Of a stretch of 64,000 nucleotides of DNA, positions 42,775 through 53,669 are shown piece by piece. The notes beneath the pieces are model-generated. The model worked only from the letters and a program-made list of their open reading frames with translations, was not told the origin of the DNA and ran no database searches. Position numbers and translations under genes: made by a program. How positions within the stretch are numbered: position 1 is the first letter of the stretch; each line of letters starts with the position of its first letter. Source of the DNA: Deinococcota bacterium (GTDB taxonomy: Bacteria > Deinococcota > Deinococci > Deinococcales > Thermaceae); the NCBI GenBank assembly GCA_041695225.1, contig JBGFRI010000014.1:154186-218185 (forward strand), in the 5' to 3' direction.

Positions 42775-43623
42775 TTACCTGGCCAAGGCATGGTCGCTGC
42801 CATACAGGAAACGCATGATATGGGGGAAGCGGCGCGCCCAGTGGCGCTCGTTGTGCACACCGTCCTGGTCCTCAAGATAAAGGTAGTCCTGTCCGGGCTG
42901 CCAGCCTTTTTGCTTTAGCAAGCGGTGCATTCGGCGCACCCCCTCCAGGTACCGCCAGCTACTAACGTGTGAGAGGGTAATCTCACGGAAGCCCACATCC
43001 ATGTAGAGCCTGCCCGGCAGCTGGGGAGCCTGTTCCACAAAGCTGTAAACTGCACCATCGGCAATCCAGAATGCAGGGCTCACTACCCCCGCCTTACCAA
43101 AGACCTCGGGGTGGTAGTAGTAAGCGCTCAGACTAATAAGACCGCCCATCGAGGAACCCATTACGCCGGTGTGCTCGCGGCCCGACAGGGTACGAAACTC
43201 GCCATCAATGAGGGGTTTGACGGTCTCGATCAAGAACCTGAGGTATTTCTGGCCCTTACCGCCGCCGTGCCTGGGGTCGCGGAAAGGGCTGTATTCGTTG
43301 AGGCGCTCCACACCCAGGTTAGGGATGCCCACCACGATGACCTCGATACCTTCCTGAGCCAGCCTCTCCATGCTCTCGTCTACCTGCCACTCGCCCACAA
43401 AGCTGGTAGCATCATCAAAGAGGTTCTGTCCGTCGTGCATGTAGAGCACCGGGTAGTGCCGGCTGGTCTTGCGGTAGGAAGGTGGCAGATATACCACAAT
43501 ATCGCGTTTGTTGCCCAGTTGTGGGCTTAGTAGACCTCGGTAGACCAGCACCTCCCCTACCACCGTATGGCCGGGACCCGCTGGATGCCGTTTCCATACG
43601 TGTGTCTGAACCGGGTAACTCAT
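42775..43623 (-). CDS. alpha/beta hydrolase, esterase family
   Basis: YLPPSY, YMHDGQNLFD, GSSMGG, HNERHW. Confidence 0.9.
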   Translation of the reverse strand: MSYPVQTHVWKRHPAGPGHTVVGEVLVYRGLLSPQLGNKRDIVVYLPPSYRKTSRHYPVLYMHDGQNLFDDATSFVGEWQVDESMERLAQEGIEVIVVGIPNLGVERLNEYSPFRDPRHGGGKGQKYLRFLIETVKPLIDGEFRTLSGREHTGVMGSSMGGLISLSAYYYHPEVFGKAGVVSPAFWIADGAVYSFVEQAPQLPGRLYMDVGFREITLSHVSSWRYLEGVRRMHRLLKQKGWQPGQDYLYLEDQDGVHNERHWARRFPHIMRFLYGSDHALAR

Positions 43624-43713
43624 TGGCGTATTGTAAAGGCATCTGGCAAAAAGCTAAGACCTAACTTACGTTTTGTGGGACCAGCACCGACAGGTCACTT
43701 TCAGGATTAACTC

Positions 43714-46700
43714 TTAGGGCTCGGGAAAAACCAGTTCGCTGGCGGCCCCGATCAGCTCTGCAGCGAGCTCCTCGAGCCCTACTGGTTGGTCTTCGGGGGG
43801 CGTTCCGGCGAGACTTTTGAGGCGGTTGAAGGCATCCTGGCTGGCGGGCGAAAGATAGTTACCGGGCTGCCTTTGCCAGTGGTCAACGGCCCACCAGACC
43901 CGCTGCATCTGCCGCTCATGGCCGGTATGCAAAAGCCAGTCGGCATAGGCCAGTAGCCCGCTGGCCAGTGGGGCCCTGACTCCCAGCTCCATAAAGAGCG
44001 AGAGTGCTTCAATAAGGCGGGTCAGGGACTCCCGATAGTTGCTTTGTTGCAGATACAGGCTCCCCAGGTTGTAAAGCGAGATAGCAATTCCATGCCGGTC
44101 GTTGATTTTGCGTTTGAGCGCCAGGCTCTCTTCCTGCGCTGCAATTCGCTCGGCAATACTGGGGTGAAAGTGCGCCGCGTTGGCAATAGCATAGGCCACT
44201 CCCTGAAGATCGCCAATGGCCTTTTTGACCTCGAGGCTCTGCAAAAATAATTCCTTGGCCTCGGCGTTATTGCCCAGATAGGCATGCACAATGGCCAGGT
44301 CGTTGAGCGCGGTTCCCACTCCCCACAGGTCGCCCACTGCTCTGAACAGACTCAGGCTTTCGCCCAGGTTGGCGAGAGCCTGCTGCAGCTGGCCGGTCTC
44401 TCGGGCGATGACTCCCAGCATATGCAGCGCGCTACCCACCCCCTGCCTGTCACCAAGCCGCTGCGATAACTCGAGGCTTTGGGCGTAAAGTTTTTGGCTC
44501 TCCTCAAGCAGACCCACCTCCTCTTTGAACGAGGCCAGCGCCCGCAGACCTCTGGCCTGGCTTGGCTCCGACAACGATTCTTGAAGAAAGTCCCCAAGCC
44601 AGCCCATCCCCTCGGCAAACAGCCCCCGCACGTAAAAGAACCACTCGAGGGCCACTATCAGCCGCAGGCCGCGCTCGGCATCACCCGTCTGCCGGAAGGT
44701 GTTCAGGGCCGCCCGAAGGTTATCGAGCTCGAGGGCTACCTGCTCCAGCGCCTCGGCTTGCTGTGCCCCTTTAAGCTCGGGTGCGATGGCCTCGGCATAA
44801 TCCAGATAAAAAAGCGCATGGGCTTGCTGGGCCTGGGTACTGGCTTCTGGGGTCTGCAAAAGCTTGACCAGGGCAAACTGGCGCAGTAGCTCGTGCATCT
44901 GGTAGCGCCCCTGGCGCTGTAGGTCGCGCTTTAGGAGTGAAAGGCTAATCAGCGATAGCAGCGACGAGACCGAGGCCCCTGCCACCGCTTGGGCCGCCTT
45001 GCGGTCGAAACCTCCGCGAAACAACGCCAGCCTGGCCAGGATATCTTGCTGGGCTGGCTCCAGAAAACTCCAGGACGAGCTAAAGGCTGCTTCCAGGCTA
45101 TGGTGCCTTTCGGGTCGCTCCGGGCTGGTTTCGGGCAGGGTCAAAAAGCCCTGGTTGAGCCGGATCTCGCGGGCAATCTCGCTTAGCGGCAGCACCTTAA
45201 CCCAGGCCGCCGCAAGCTCCAGCCCCAGGGGCATCCCCTCCACCAGACTGCATATCTGTAGGGCCGCCCGGAGTTCGGTCTCACCCAGCTCCAGGTTCGG
45301 CTCGACCCGACGCGCCGCCTGCAACAAAAGCCGCATAGCCCCCGAGGCCATTGGGCTGACCTGGTCTGGGGCAAAGTGCAGGCCCTCCAGCTCGTATACC
45401 CATTCCTCGGGCAAACCCAGCCGCTCCCTCGAGGTTGTCAGGATGGTCAGGCCGGGCTGGGTTAGCAAGCGGGACAAAAACTCCACCCCCTCCAGCAGGT
45501 GGTCCAGGTTATCGAGCACCAGCAGCACCTCCCGCTGGGCAAAGTGCAGCTTCAGGGCTTCAACCTCGTCGCCCCTGGGCTTTAGGCCCACTTCCTGGGC
45601 CAGCCGCATGGCCAGCCCCGCCCCGTCGGCCAGGGAAGCCAACGAGACGAACTGTACTCCATCGCGGTAGAGATGCTCGACCTCCAGCGCAACCTGGCTT
45701 ACCAGATGGGTCTTGCCCATCCCACCCTGACCTATCACACTTACCAGCCGCCGCTCTTGCAGCAAGCGCTTGAGCGCCGCCGCCTCGCGGTCACGACCGA
45801 TCAGGCTGCTGCTGGGGCGGGGTAAGGTCGGGGGCAGTTCGGGGGTGAGGGTCTCGTACCGCTGAGCATAATCGGGCAGCAGGGCATAGCCTTCACTACC
45901 GGGAATCAGGGCTTTGGCCCGGCGCAAATCCTGCAAGATCTGCACCATGCGGCCCGGCAGCCCCTGGGACTGCTGCCACAACCAGCCAACAACCTCCTCC
46001 GGGGCTTCCCAGCGTAGCTGGGTACGTACAAAAACCCTGGTCGCATCCAGCGAAAACGGGGTCAGGACAAGCTGCTCGCGCGGTATCGAGCCCAGCCAGG
46101 CCTCGGCCCTGGCCTCAGGGGTACCTGCTATCACCAGTCCCATCACCGGGCCCTTACCCGACTGCATCAGACGCCGCAGGGTGTTCTGGCTGGCGGCATC
46201 CAGCAGGTCCAGCCGATCCACACACCAGACCACCCCCTGTGCCGACTCGGACAGTTTTTTCGCAAGACCCGGCCAGTCCCCTGCTATGGCCGGCTCACTG
46301 TCCTCCAGGCCCAGCCCATCCAGCAAGGCCCCAAAGGGATGGGTAGCGTAGGCCGGTCGTCCCACCAGCGGCACCGCCCGGTAGCCCAGCAGCTTGGCGG
46401 CCTGACTAACCTCGCGCAAGAACCCGCTGTGCCCTGCCTTGGGCGGCCCAGCTGCTAGCAGGGCCGCCCGGCGCAACTGGGGGAGGGCTTGCAGGAAACG
46501 GTGGGCGGTCTGGCTGGCCGCCTCACGCTCCAGCAGCCGTCCCGCAGACCCTTCCAGCAGCATCGGTGCACCCGACAGGCGGCCCCGACCCGCCCTTTTT
46601 GCCGCATACAGGCTAGTATCGGCCCGGTCAAACAGGCTCTGGGGGTCTTGCTCTCCGGGCATCGCCGAGGCCAGCCCAATGCTCACCGAGAGCGAAAGCG

Positions 46701-47064
46701 GCGGCTCCCCCACAAAGGGCTTGTTCTTGATTGTGCTAAGCAGACGCTCGGCCAGGCCCACCGCCTGCTCCTGACTGGTCTGGGGTAAGACCAGCACAAA
46801 CTCGTCGCCGCCATAGCGAAACAGCAGGTCCGAGCCCCGCACCAGCTCGCTCACCCGGCCTACGAACTCGAGCAGAATCTGGTCGCCGCGGGCATGGCCA
46901 AACACGTCGTTGATGCTCTTGAAGTGATCCAGGTCGAGGATCAAGAGCGAGGTATGCAGCCCCAGCACACTGGCTGAGGCCAGAATTTCCCGCAGCGCCT
47001 CTTCGAAACCCTCCCGCGACCGTACCCCCGTCAAGGGGTCGGCTCGATCTAGCCCTCGCTCCAC
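43714..47064 (-). CDS. GGDEF + degenerate NTPase + NB-ARC/STAND + TPR protein
   Basis: DLDHFKSIND, RGSD I-site, RYGGDEF; GQGGMGKT, LLVLDN, GMPLGLELAA, MHELLRQF; TPR helices. Confidence 0.88.
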   Translation of the reverse strand: MERGLDRADPLTGVRSREGFEEALREILASASVLGLHTSLLILDLDHFKSINDVFGHARGDQILLEFVGRVSELVRGSDLLFRYGGDEFVLVLPQTSQEQAVGLAERLLSTIKNKPFVGEPPLSLSVSIGLASAMPGEQDPQSLFDRADTSLYAAKRAGRGRLSGAPMLLEGSAGRLLEREAASQTAHRFLQALPQLRRAALLAAGPPKAGHSGFLREVSQAAKLLGYRAVPLVGRPAYATHPFGALLDGLGLEDSEPAIAGDWPGLAKKLSESAQGVVWCVDRLDLLDAASQNTLRRLMQSGKGPVMGLVIAGTPEARAEAWLGSIPREQLVLTPFSLDATRVFVRTQLRWEAPEEVVGWLWQQSQGLPGRMVQILQDLRRAKALIPGSEGYALLPDYAQRYETLTPELPPTLPRPSSSLIGRDREAAALKRLLQERRLVSVIGQGGMGKTHLVSQVALEVEHLYRDGVQFVSLASLADGAGLAMRLAQEVGLKPRGDEVEALKLHFAQREVLLVLDNLDHLLEGVEFLSRLLTQPGLTILTTSRERLGLPEEWVYELEGLHFAPDQVSPMASGAMRLLLQAARRVEPNLELGETELRAALQICSLVEGMPLGLELAAAWVKVLPLSEIAREIRLNQGFLTLPETSPERPERHHSLEAAFSSSWSFLEPAQQDILARLALFRGGFDRKAAQAVAGASVSSLLSLISLSLLKRDLQRQGRYQMHELLRQFALVKLLQTPEASTQAQQAHALFYLDYAEAIAPELKGAQQAEALEQVALELDNLRAALNTFRQTGDAERGLRLIVALEWFFYVRGLFAEGMGWLGDFLQESLSEPSQARGLRALASFKEEVGLLEESQKLYAQSLELSQRLGDRQGVGSALHMLGVIARETGQLQQALANLGESLSLFRAVGDLWGVGTALNDLAIVHAYLGNNAEAKELFLQSLEVKKAIGDLQGVAYAIANAAHFHPSIAERIAAQEESLALKRKINDRHGIAISLYNLGSLYLQQSNYRESLTRLIEALSLFMELGVRAPLASGLLAYADWLLHTGHERQMQRVWWAVDHWQRQPGNYLSPASQDAFNRLKSLAGTPPEDQPVGLEELAAELIGAASELVFPEP

Positions 47065-47181
47065 AAGTCCAGCATAAGCGAACCGAGGTTAGGGCGCTGG
47101 TCTTTTTGCTGGCGGCTTCACACCACTACTCTCGGTCTAAGCTACCAGCATAGGCTGGCTCAGAAAAGCCCAGAGTTCTGC

Positions 47182-48618
47182 TCACAAGGCCGCTGGAATA
47201 CCTGGTATCAGGCCGACCACCGCCATCACCCCAAGCGCGATCATAAAAGTGAGTATGGGGATGATATACCGGTCCATGGGCGGTAGCGAGCGGCCCCTTT
47301 CGGGGTCAATTAGTCCGCTGTTGTCAAGCACCATGGCCAGCGCCCAGCCAAACACCGGGTTAACCAGAACTGCACCAAATATGCAGATGCCCGCCCCTTC
47401 GGCGTCCTTGGTGGTCTTGATCATGGCCATGCCGGCCTCGAGCAATGGCAAGAAGACCCCCACCATCAGGGCCACGCGCAGCACGGGCTCCCACTTGGCC
47501 AGATCCATGGGAAAGCCCAGGATGGCCACCGTGGCACATCCCACCCCTGTTAGGGTGGCGCCCGCGGCAATGGGCCGCCTGGCGATGGCCGCTGGGATCA
47601 GATAGGTTCCCCACGAGGAGGTAAGATTACCCCCACCCAGCAGGCTTCCGACCGCCTGCCGGATCGAACAGACAATCATGGTATCGTCAATGTCCATCAG
47701 GCTCCTGGTGGCCCGTCTGGGATAGCTAATCTCCTGAAAAATCCGGTGGCTCAGAAAGTCTGGCGGCCACATAGCAATCGCCAGGATGGCAAACGGCAGC
47801 ACTGCAATAAAGTGTTCCAGACCGGGCAGGCCGAGCATCCAGCCGGTATCGCTACCCCACCAGTAGAAAGGATTCAGGTTAGGAATCCCCGGCGTGCTCA
47901 CAAACTGAAACGACGCCCCCATGCCTAGCGCAATTAGCACCGCAACCAGCGAAGCCAGGGGTATAGCCAGCCACCGTTTGCCTATGCGGGCCAGAAAGGC
48001 GTAAAGCAAGATGGTCGCAGCCACGATCACCAGAAAGATCAGCTCGCGCTCGAGGCCTACCGCCCACCTTCTCAGGGCATCGAGCTGTGCCAGCAGCCCT
48101 ATCACCCCCAGAATAATGAGCAGCCCCGCTCTGACCCCGGTTCCAGTCAGACTTGCCAGCCTCGATCCGCCTTTGAAAAAAGCCAGAATCAGACCGAAAA
48201 CCCCTACCAGTATCCCCAGGGCCAAGGGGTGACCCCCCGCCATGATTATCAGCCCGATCAGTGGAATCATGGGACCGTGAACCCCAGGAAGGTTGGCCCT
48301 GGGATTGACAAACCCACTAATGGGAATCACAAACAACAACGCGGCAATCAGCAGTTCGAAACGAACGTTTTCGGCAATAAACTCTTTGGAGAGGCCAAAA
48401 CCCGCCGCAAAGGTGCTTACTACCGCTGTCACCATCACAATTTTCCCGATGGTTCCAGAAATTGCCGGCACTATGTCCTCCGGCTCAAAGCGGAAATCCC
48501 GCCCCGGTAGATTGAGCCGCCAGGGCCTGGGGTTGGTTATCTCGAGCTCATGTTCCAGATATTTTTCTCTGGTCGCGAACTCACTGGGTTTTCGGTGGGC
48601 CTTCTGGTACTCGGTCAC
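47182..48618 (-). CDS. DUF3360-like membrane transporter
   Basis: Many TM segments; RKPSEFATREKYLEHEL..WRLNLPGRDFRFE, NLPGVHGP. Confidence 0.7.
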   Translation of the reverse strand: MTEYQKAHRKPSEFATREKYLEHELEITNPRPWRLNLPGRDFRFEPEDIVPAISGTIGKIVMVTAVVSTFAAGFGLSKEFIAENVRFELLIAALLFVIPISGFVNPRANLPGVHGPMIPLIGLIIMAGGHPLALGILVGVFGLILAFFKGGSRLASLTGTGVRAGLLIILGVIGLLAQLDALRRWAVGLERELIFLVIVAATILLYAFLARIGKRWLAIPLASLVAVLIALGMGASFQFVSTPGIPNLNPFYWWGSDTGWMLGLPGLEHFIAVLPFAILAIAMWPPDFLSHRIFQEISYPRRATRSLMDIDDTMIVCSIRQAVGSLLGGGNLTSSWGTYLIPAAIARRPIAAGATLTGVGCATVAILGFPMDLAKWEPVLRVALMVGVFLPLLEAGMAMIKTTKDAEGAGICIFGAVLVNPVFGWALAMVLDNSGLIDPERGRSLPPMDRYIIPILTFMIALGVMAVVGLIPGIPAAL

Positions 48619-49018
48619 AGCAATGATTTCCTTTCGGCTTCTGCAGGCTCATACTCATCGGCAGCTCGCGCAAGTTTTGGGGCGAGTATGGCAATGAATA
48701 CTGGATCGCACCACGACTCCACTACAAGTCAAATATCCAAAAAGACAGCAGCTTTAAGCTAGGGAGAATAGTCCCTTATAGTGTTCGGTCAACCAGATTT
48801 TTCATAAACTCGTGCATCCGTGGGCTGGAAAAAAAGTAGAACCGGTGTCATGACCCATTTGACTCTGGACCGAACGCCCACGCACGACCTGAGCCCTGCG
48901 GGCGAAGCCTGCGACTTTTTGTAGCTGGTGAGCAGAGTTTAGCAACCGGGTTACTGAACCACCTGGCCTACCGGATTTTTACCTACTAACTCCAGGAGTG
49001 GTAACGCAAAATGCACTA

Positions 49019-49432
49019 CTAGAGGGCTTCCTGGCCAAACCACTCGCTGGCCTTTCGCCGCGCTTGTTCCTTGACCTCGGGGGTTATGTAGGCTAAAACG
49101 GTAACCACTGCTACCAGCAAGACCCTCCAGTCATCGGTAAAGCCCAGAACTGGCGCCAGGTCGGCCACCAGGTCGAAAGGCAGCAGAAAGTAGACCAGGG
49201 CTCCGATAATAGTACCCTTGGCCCAGGCTGGGGTTTCCGGGCGTTGCATGGTGTAGTAGAGCCATAGCGCTTTTTCTACCACCTCACGGCCAGCCTTTCG
49301 TGCAAATCGGTTTAGCTTATGCCAAAAATCAGCATCGCTATAGCGTTCAGTTGTCTGAATCGCAATCACCTCAGCTCTTTGAATTTCCGCTGGCACCTCT
49401 GACCCTCCCGATTCGACCTGGTTTACTGGCAA
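49019..49432 (-). CDS. YkvA/DUF1232 family protein
   Basis: FWHKL..ARKAGREVVEKALWLYY, YFLLPFDLVAD..GFTDD. Confidence 0.85.
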   Translation of the reverse strand: MPVNQVESGGSEVPAEIQRAEVIAIQTTERYSDADFWHKLNRFARKAGREVVEKALWLYYTMQRPETPAWAKGTIIGALVYFLLPFDLVADLAPVLGFTDDWRVLLVAVVTVLAYITPEVKEQARRKASEWFGQEAL

Positions 49433-49706
49433 AAGGACTACCTGTCTACGCCCTTTGCCCGCAGGGTACAGAACTAATGGTACCAGCTAAACCTCATCCG
49501 GTATGCCTCGAGGTCAGTAATCTGGTCGAAGTGTAATCTGGACTGCAAGAATTTGGTGGATTTATTCATTATTCTAAACCTCACCTAGCAAGAAGTTACC
49601 CAGCATTCGCACGAATGCCGGGACTTTCTAAGGGTGCATCAGCCTTGCTTGCGGTCTTGATTCAGATCCCGCAATGAGGCAAAAAGTTAAGAATGGAGAT
49701 GAGTCT

Positions 49707-51251
49707 ATGCGATTGAAACTGTTGGCCGCGCTAGTGATGGTCCTGGGCCTATCGGTGGCCCTGGCCCAGCCCCGCACCCTGATTGTTGCCCAGGGTACCG
49801 ACCCGGTTACGCTGGATGCACACCTGGCTATTGACGCACCCTCTTTCACGGTGATCTACCAGGTGGTGGAGACGCTCTTCACCTACACCCCAGAAGGCCG
49901 GATTGAGCCCAATCTGGTGGAGCGCTTTAGCTTTAGCCCCGATCGCCGGGTGCTTACCCTAACCCTGCGCCGAGGTATCACGTTCCACGACGGCACCGAG
50001 CTAAACTCCGAGGCAGTGAGATTCAACCTCGAGCGCCTGGTTGCTCCCGAGACCGCCGCAACCTTCGCCTTTTTGTTGCGCGGCAGGGTAACCGCCATCG
50101 AGACCCCCGACCCACTCACGGTTCACTTGCGGATGCCCGAGCCCTTTGCGCCAATCCTCTCGCACCTGGCCCACGGTTCCACTGGCATCCAGAGCCCCAC
50201 GGCCATCCGCCGCCTGGGTGCCGCGTATCGGGACAACCCGGTAGGTACTGGCCCCTTCCGTTTTGATCGCTGGCAGAAAGGTCAGTTTGTGGAGCTGGTG
50301 CGTAACGACAACTACTGGGGCACCAGGCCGGCCATCGAGCGTCTGCGTTTCCTGGCGGTGCCCGAGGGCACTACCCGCATGGCCCTGGTCGAGACCGGAC
50401 AGGCCCACGTAGCGGTTCGGGTTCCTCCACACGACGTGCCGCGCCTGCGCGCCCGCCCCGAGCTCAATGTGGTCACCACCCCCAGTGTTCGCACCATCTA
50501 CCTCTTCTTTAACCATTCCAAAAAGCCCTTTGACGATGTGCGGGTGCGTAGAGCCATCAATCATGCCATCAACAAAGAAGAAATTGTGAACTTTGTGCTT
50601 GGCGGGTTTGGTCGGGTTTCCGATGCACCCATTAGCCCCGGTGTCTTTGGTTATACAGCCATTGGCGTGCACGCCTTCAACCCTAGCCTGGCCCGCCAGT
50701 TGCTGGCCCAGGCCGGTTTCAATGCTCAGAACCCCCTGCGCTTCACCCTCTCCTTCCCCACCGGGCGGTATCTGCAGGATGTTCGCATAGCCGAGACCAT
50801 CCAGAGCCAGCTTCGTGCTGTGGGGGTACAGGTCGAACTCCAGACCATGGAATGGGGCGCTTATCTGGCCTTCACCAATTTGCCGCGCGAACGCAGCCAG
50901 TTTCAGGTGGCCATGCTGGGCTGGGGGACCGTGACCGGAGATGCCGACTACGGCCTGTTCCCACTATTCCACACCACCCAACATGCCCCCCGGGGTTCTA
51001 ACCGCAGCTTCTACTCCAACCCCCGGCTGGACCGCATCCTCGATCAGGCCCGCGTAGCCACCAACCCCCAGGCCCGAGAGCAGCTTTACCGCTCCGCCAT
51101 GCAGATTATCTTCAACGACGCGCCCTGGGTCTTCCTCCACTCCGAACAGCAGGTCACGGCCATCCGCCGCGAGGTGCAGGGTGTGATAGTACACCCCACC
51201 GAGATGCTAATTCTCAGTGGGGCCAGCTTCCGCACCGGAGCAGAGCGCTAA
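49707..51251 (+). CDS. peptide/glutathione ABC transporter substrate-binding protein (family 5)
   Basis: Signal peptide, LRRGITFHDG, PVGTGPF, VRRAINHAIN. Confidence 0.92.
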   Translation: MRLKLLAALVMVLGLSVALAQPRTLIVAQGTDPVTLDAHLAIDAPSFTVIYQVVETLFTYTPEGRIEPNLVERFSFSPDRRVLTLTLRRGITFHDGTELNSEAVRFNLERLVAPETAATFAFLLRGRVTAIETPDPLTVHLRMPEPFAPILSHLAHGSTGIQSPTAIRRLGAAYRDNPVGTGPFRFDRWQKGQFVELVRNDNYWGTRPAIERLRFLAVPEGTTRMALVETGQAHVAVRVPPHDVPRLRARPELNVVTTPSVRTIYLFFNHSKKPFDDVRVRRAINHAINKEEIVNFVLGGFGRVSDAPISPGVFGYTAIGVHAFNPSLARQLLAQAGFNAQNPLRFTLSFPTGRYLQDVRIAETIQSQLRAVGVQVELQTMEWGAYLAFTNLPRERSQFQVAMLGWGTVTGDADYGLFPLFHTTQHAPRGSNRSFYSNPRLDRILDQARVATNPQAREQLYRSAMQIIFNDAPWVFLHSEQQVTAIRREVQGVIVHPTEMLILSGASFRTGAER

Positions 51252-51350
51252 AGCCTTTACCTCCTTCGGAGGTGTCTTTTGTCTCAGGTCGCAAGCCAAA
51301 AAGACCTGCGACCTGATACCTGAGACCTTTTTTTTACTGCGCCAACCCGA

Positions 51351-52271
51351 ATGACTACCTATATACTTCGTCGCTTGCTAATCGTAATTCCCACACTGCT
51401 GGGGGTTCTGCTGGTGGTGTTTCTCATGGTACGGCTGGCGCCTGGCGACCCCGCCCAGTTGCTGGCCGGTGAGTTTGCCACCCCCGAAACCCTGGCCGAT
51501 ATCCGAGAGCGCTTTGGACTGGACCACCCCTGGCACGTACAGCTTGGAGTTTACCTGGTCAATGTTGTTCAAGGTGACCTGGGTGAGTCGGTTCGTACCC
51601 GTCGGCCCGTCACCTACGAGCTGGCCAATTTCTTTCCCAACACCGTCCGGCTCACCCTGGCAGCCATGCTGGTAGCGCTGCTGGTGGGCATTCCGGCTGG
51701 CGTGATTGCGGCCATCCGGCCCGGCACTGCGGTAGACCTGCTGGTAATGCTTGGGGCTTTAATTGGGGTCTCGATGCCGGTCTTCTGGTTCGGCCTGATG
51801 GCTATTCTGATCTTCTCGGTGCAGCTTGGATGGTTTCCCGTGGCCGGCGCCGGCACAGTCTGGCACCTGGTCTTGCCAGCCATTGCCTTAGGTACCAGCA
51901 CCGCCGCCATCCTGGCCCGCATGACCCGTAGCGCCATGCTGGAAGTGCTCTCGCAAGACTACATCCGCACCGCCCGGGCCAAAGGCTTAGCAGGCCGGGT
52001 GGTGGTCTTCAAGCACGCCCTGCGCAACGCCCTGATCCCGGTAGTCACCATTACCGGCCTGCAGTTTGGCGGGCTCTTAGAAGGAGCAGTGATTACCGAG
52101 ACGGTCTTTGCCTGGCCGGGCATCGGGCGGCTGCTGGTAGACTCGATCCTGGCCCGCGACTACCCGGTAGTTCAAGGTGCGGTGCTTCTGATTGCGGTGG
52201 CATTTATCCTGATCAATCTGGTGGTGGACCTGTTGTATGGCGCGATTGACCCGAGGATTCGCTATGACTGA
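51351..52271 (+). CDS. peptide ABC transporter permease (DppB-like)
   Basis: PGDPA, GDLGES, YIRTARAKG, DPRIRYD. Confidence 0.93.
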   Translation: MTTYILRRLLIVIPTLLGVLLVVFLMVRLAPGDPAQLLAGEFATPETLADIRERFGLDHPWHVQLGVYLVNVVQGDLGESVRTRRPVTYELANFFPNTVRLTLAAMLVALLVGIPAGVIAAIRPGTAVDLLVMLGALIGVSMPVFWFGLMAILIFSVQLGWFPVAGAGTVWHLVLPAIALGTSTAAILARMTRSAMLEVLSQDYIRTARAKGLAGRVVVFKHALRNALIPVVTITGLQFGGLLEGAVITETVFAWPGIGRLLVDSILARDYPVVQGAVLLIAVAFILINLVVDLLYGAIDPRIRYD

Positions 52272-52272
52272 T

Positions 52273-52311
52273 AGGCGAGTCGCTTGCGCGATTCCGGCAA
52301 AGCCGTAACCT
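52273..52311 (-). repeat. 39-bp miniature element, second copy
   Basis: Reverse complement of 21066-21104 with one mismatch. Confidence 0.85.
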
Positions 52312-52385
52312 CGTATGAACTGGATTATCGAGTGGACGAAAATGGGAATTAATCTATGCCAGGTCGCTCACCCAAAGGACTTCAC

Positions 52386-53456
52386 GTGACTGAGCCCATC
52401 CAGACTGCTCCAAAGGCGCATGACAGGCCAAAGACCCCCCGCTGGCAACGGCGCCTGTTCAGGAGTCCCTTGGCGCTGGCTGGGTTTGTGTTTATAGGAT
52501 TTTTTGTATTTGCAGCGGCTTTTGCCCCTTTCGTCTCGCCTTACAACCCGCTTCAGCAGAACCTGCGTGGTATCTACGTCCCACCCATGCGGGTGGAGTT
52601 CCGCGGACCGCAAGGCCAGCCGGGCCTCTGGGTGCGTGAGGTCACCCGCTCGCCCCTGGGCCAGCTCGAGGTGGGACAGCAGTTATATCAGATCAGGTTT
52701 TTTGTGCGGGGTGAGCCCTGGGTCTGGTGGGGGGGCCTGCTGCGAAGCGACCTGCGCCTGTTCGGTGTAGATGGCCCCATCAGATTTCACCTGCTAGGCT
52801 CCGATGAACAGGGCCGCGACATCCTGAGCCGCCTGGCCCACGGGGCCTGGATTTCTCTTTCGATTGGACTGATTGCCGTGGCAATTGGCCTGTTTGTTGG
52901 GGTGCCGGTGGGGTTGGTCTCGGGCTACTTTGGGGGGAGCATAGACCTGGTGGCCCAGCGCGTGGTGGATGTGATGCTCTCCTTCCCGGGCATTCTGCTG
53001 GCTATTGTGCTGGTCGCCACCATGGGAACCGGCCTGACCAATGTGATGATTGCGGTGGGCATAGCTGCCATTCCGGTCTATGCCCGGCTGGTACGGGGCT
53101 CGGTGCTCTCGTTGCGAGACCGGGAGTTTGTGGAAGCAAGCCGGGCCCTGGGCAATCGAAACAGCCGGATCATGCTGAAACATATCCTGCCCAACGCGCT
53201 TTCTCCCATTATCGTGCAGTCCAGCTTACAGATGGCCGTCGCCATCCTGTTTGCGGCTGGGCTGGGCTTCCTGGGTCTGGGGGCCCGTCCACCCGACCCG
53301 GAGTGGGGCCTGATGCTGGCCAGGGGCCGTGAGTACCTGGCTACTGCCCCACACGTGGCCACTTTCCCGGGTCTGGCCATCATGTTCGTTGCACTGGGAT
53401 TCAATTTGCTGGGTGATGCCCTGCGCGACGCGCTAGACCCCAGGTCTTTGAGGTAA
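52386..53456 (+). CDS. peptide ABC transporter permease (DppC-like)
   Basis: LLGSDEQGRD, EFVEASRALG, HILPN, FNLLGDALRDALDP; alternative start 52356. Confidence 0.92.
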   Translation: MTEPIQTAPKAHDRPKTPRWQRRLFRSPLALAGFVFIGFFVFAAAFAPFVSPYNPLQQNLRGIYVPPMRVEFRGPQGQPGLWVREVTRSPLGQLEVGQQLYQIRFFVRGEPWVWWGGLLRSDLRLFGVDGPIRFHLLGSDEQGRDILSRLAHGAWISLSIGLIAVAIGLFVGVPVGLVSGYFGGSIDLVAQRVVDVMLSFPGILLAIVLVATMGTGLTNVMIAVGIAAIPVYARLVRGSVLSLRDREFVEASRALGNRNSRIMLKHILPNALSPIIVQSSLQMAVAILFAAGLGFLGLGARPPDPEWGLMLARGREYLATAPHVATFPGLAIMFVALGFNLLGDALRDALDPRSLR

Positions 53457-53669
53457 GTCCAGTTGGGCTGGGTGCCCTGGACAGCCTTTTGTGAAGATGG
53501 GGGGCGCCGGTTGAGGGGCCTGCCAGGAGCTAGTAGTAGCTCATGATCTGTGTGAAGTCTGGATGTTACACGCTATGTGACCAGTTCCCACGACCCTGCC
53601 CAGCCGCCAGCCGTTTAGCAAAAATTCACCCAAGACCATTTGTTCACCAAGAGCCGCTACCATATAGGT

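Noticed and set aside
48620..49015. Riboswitch or attC-like site upstream of the DUF3360-like gene
   Set aside because: Only a short GTTCGGTC/GACCGAAC inverted pair and a GCGAAGC hairpin are visible; no recognisable aptamer core. An Rfam scan would be needed.
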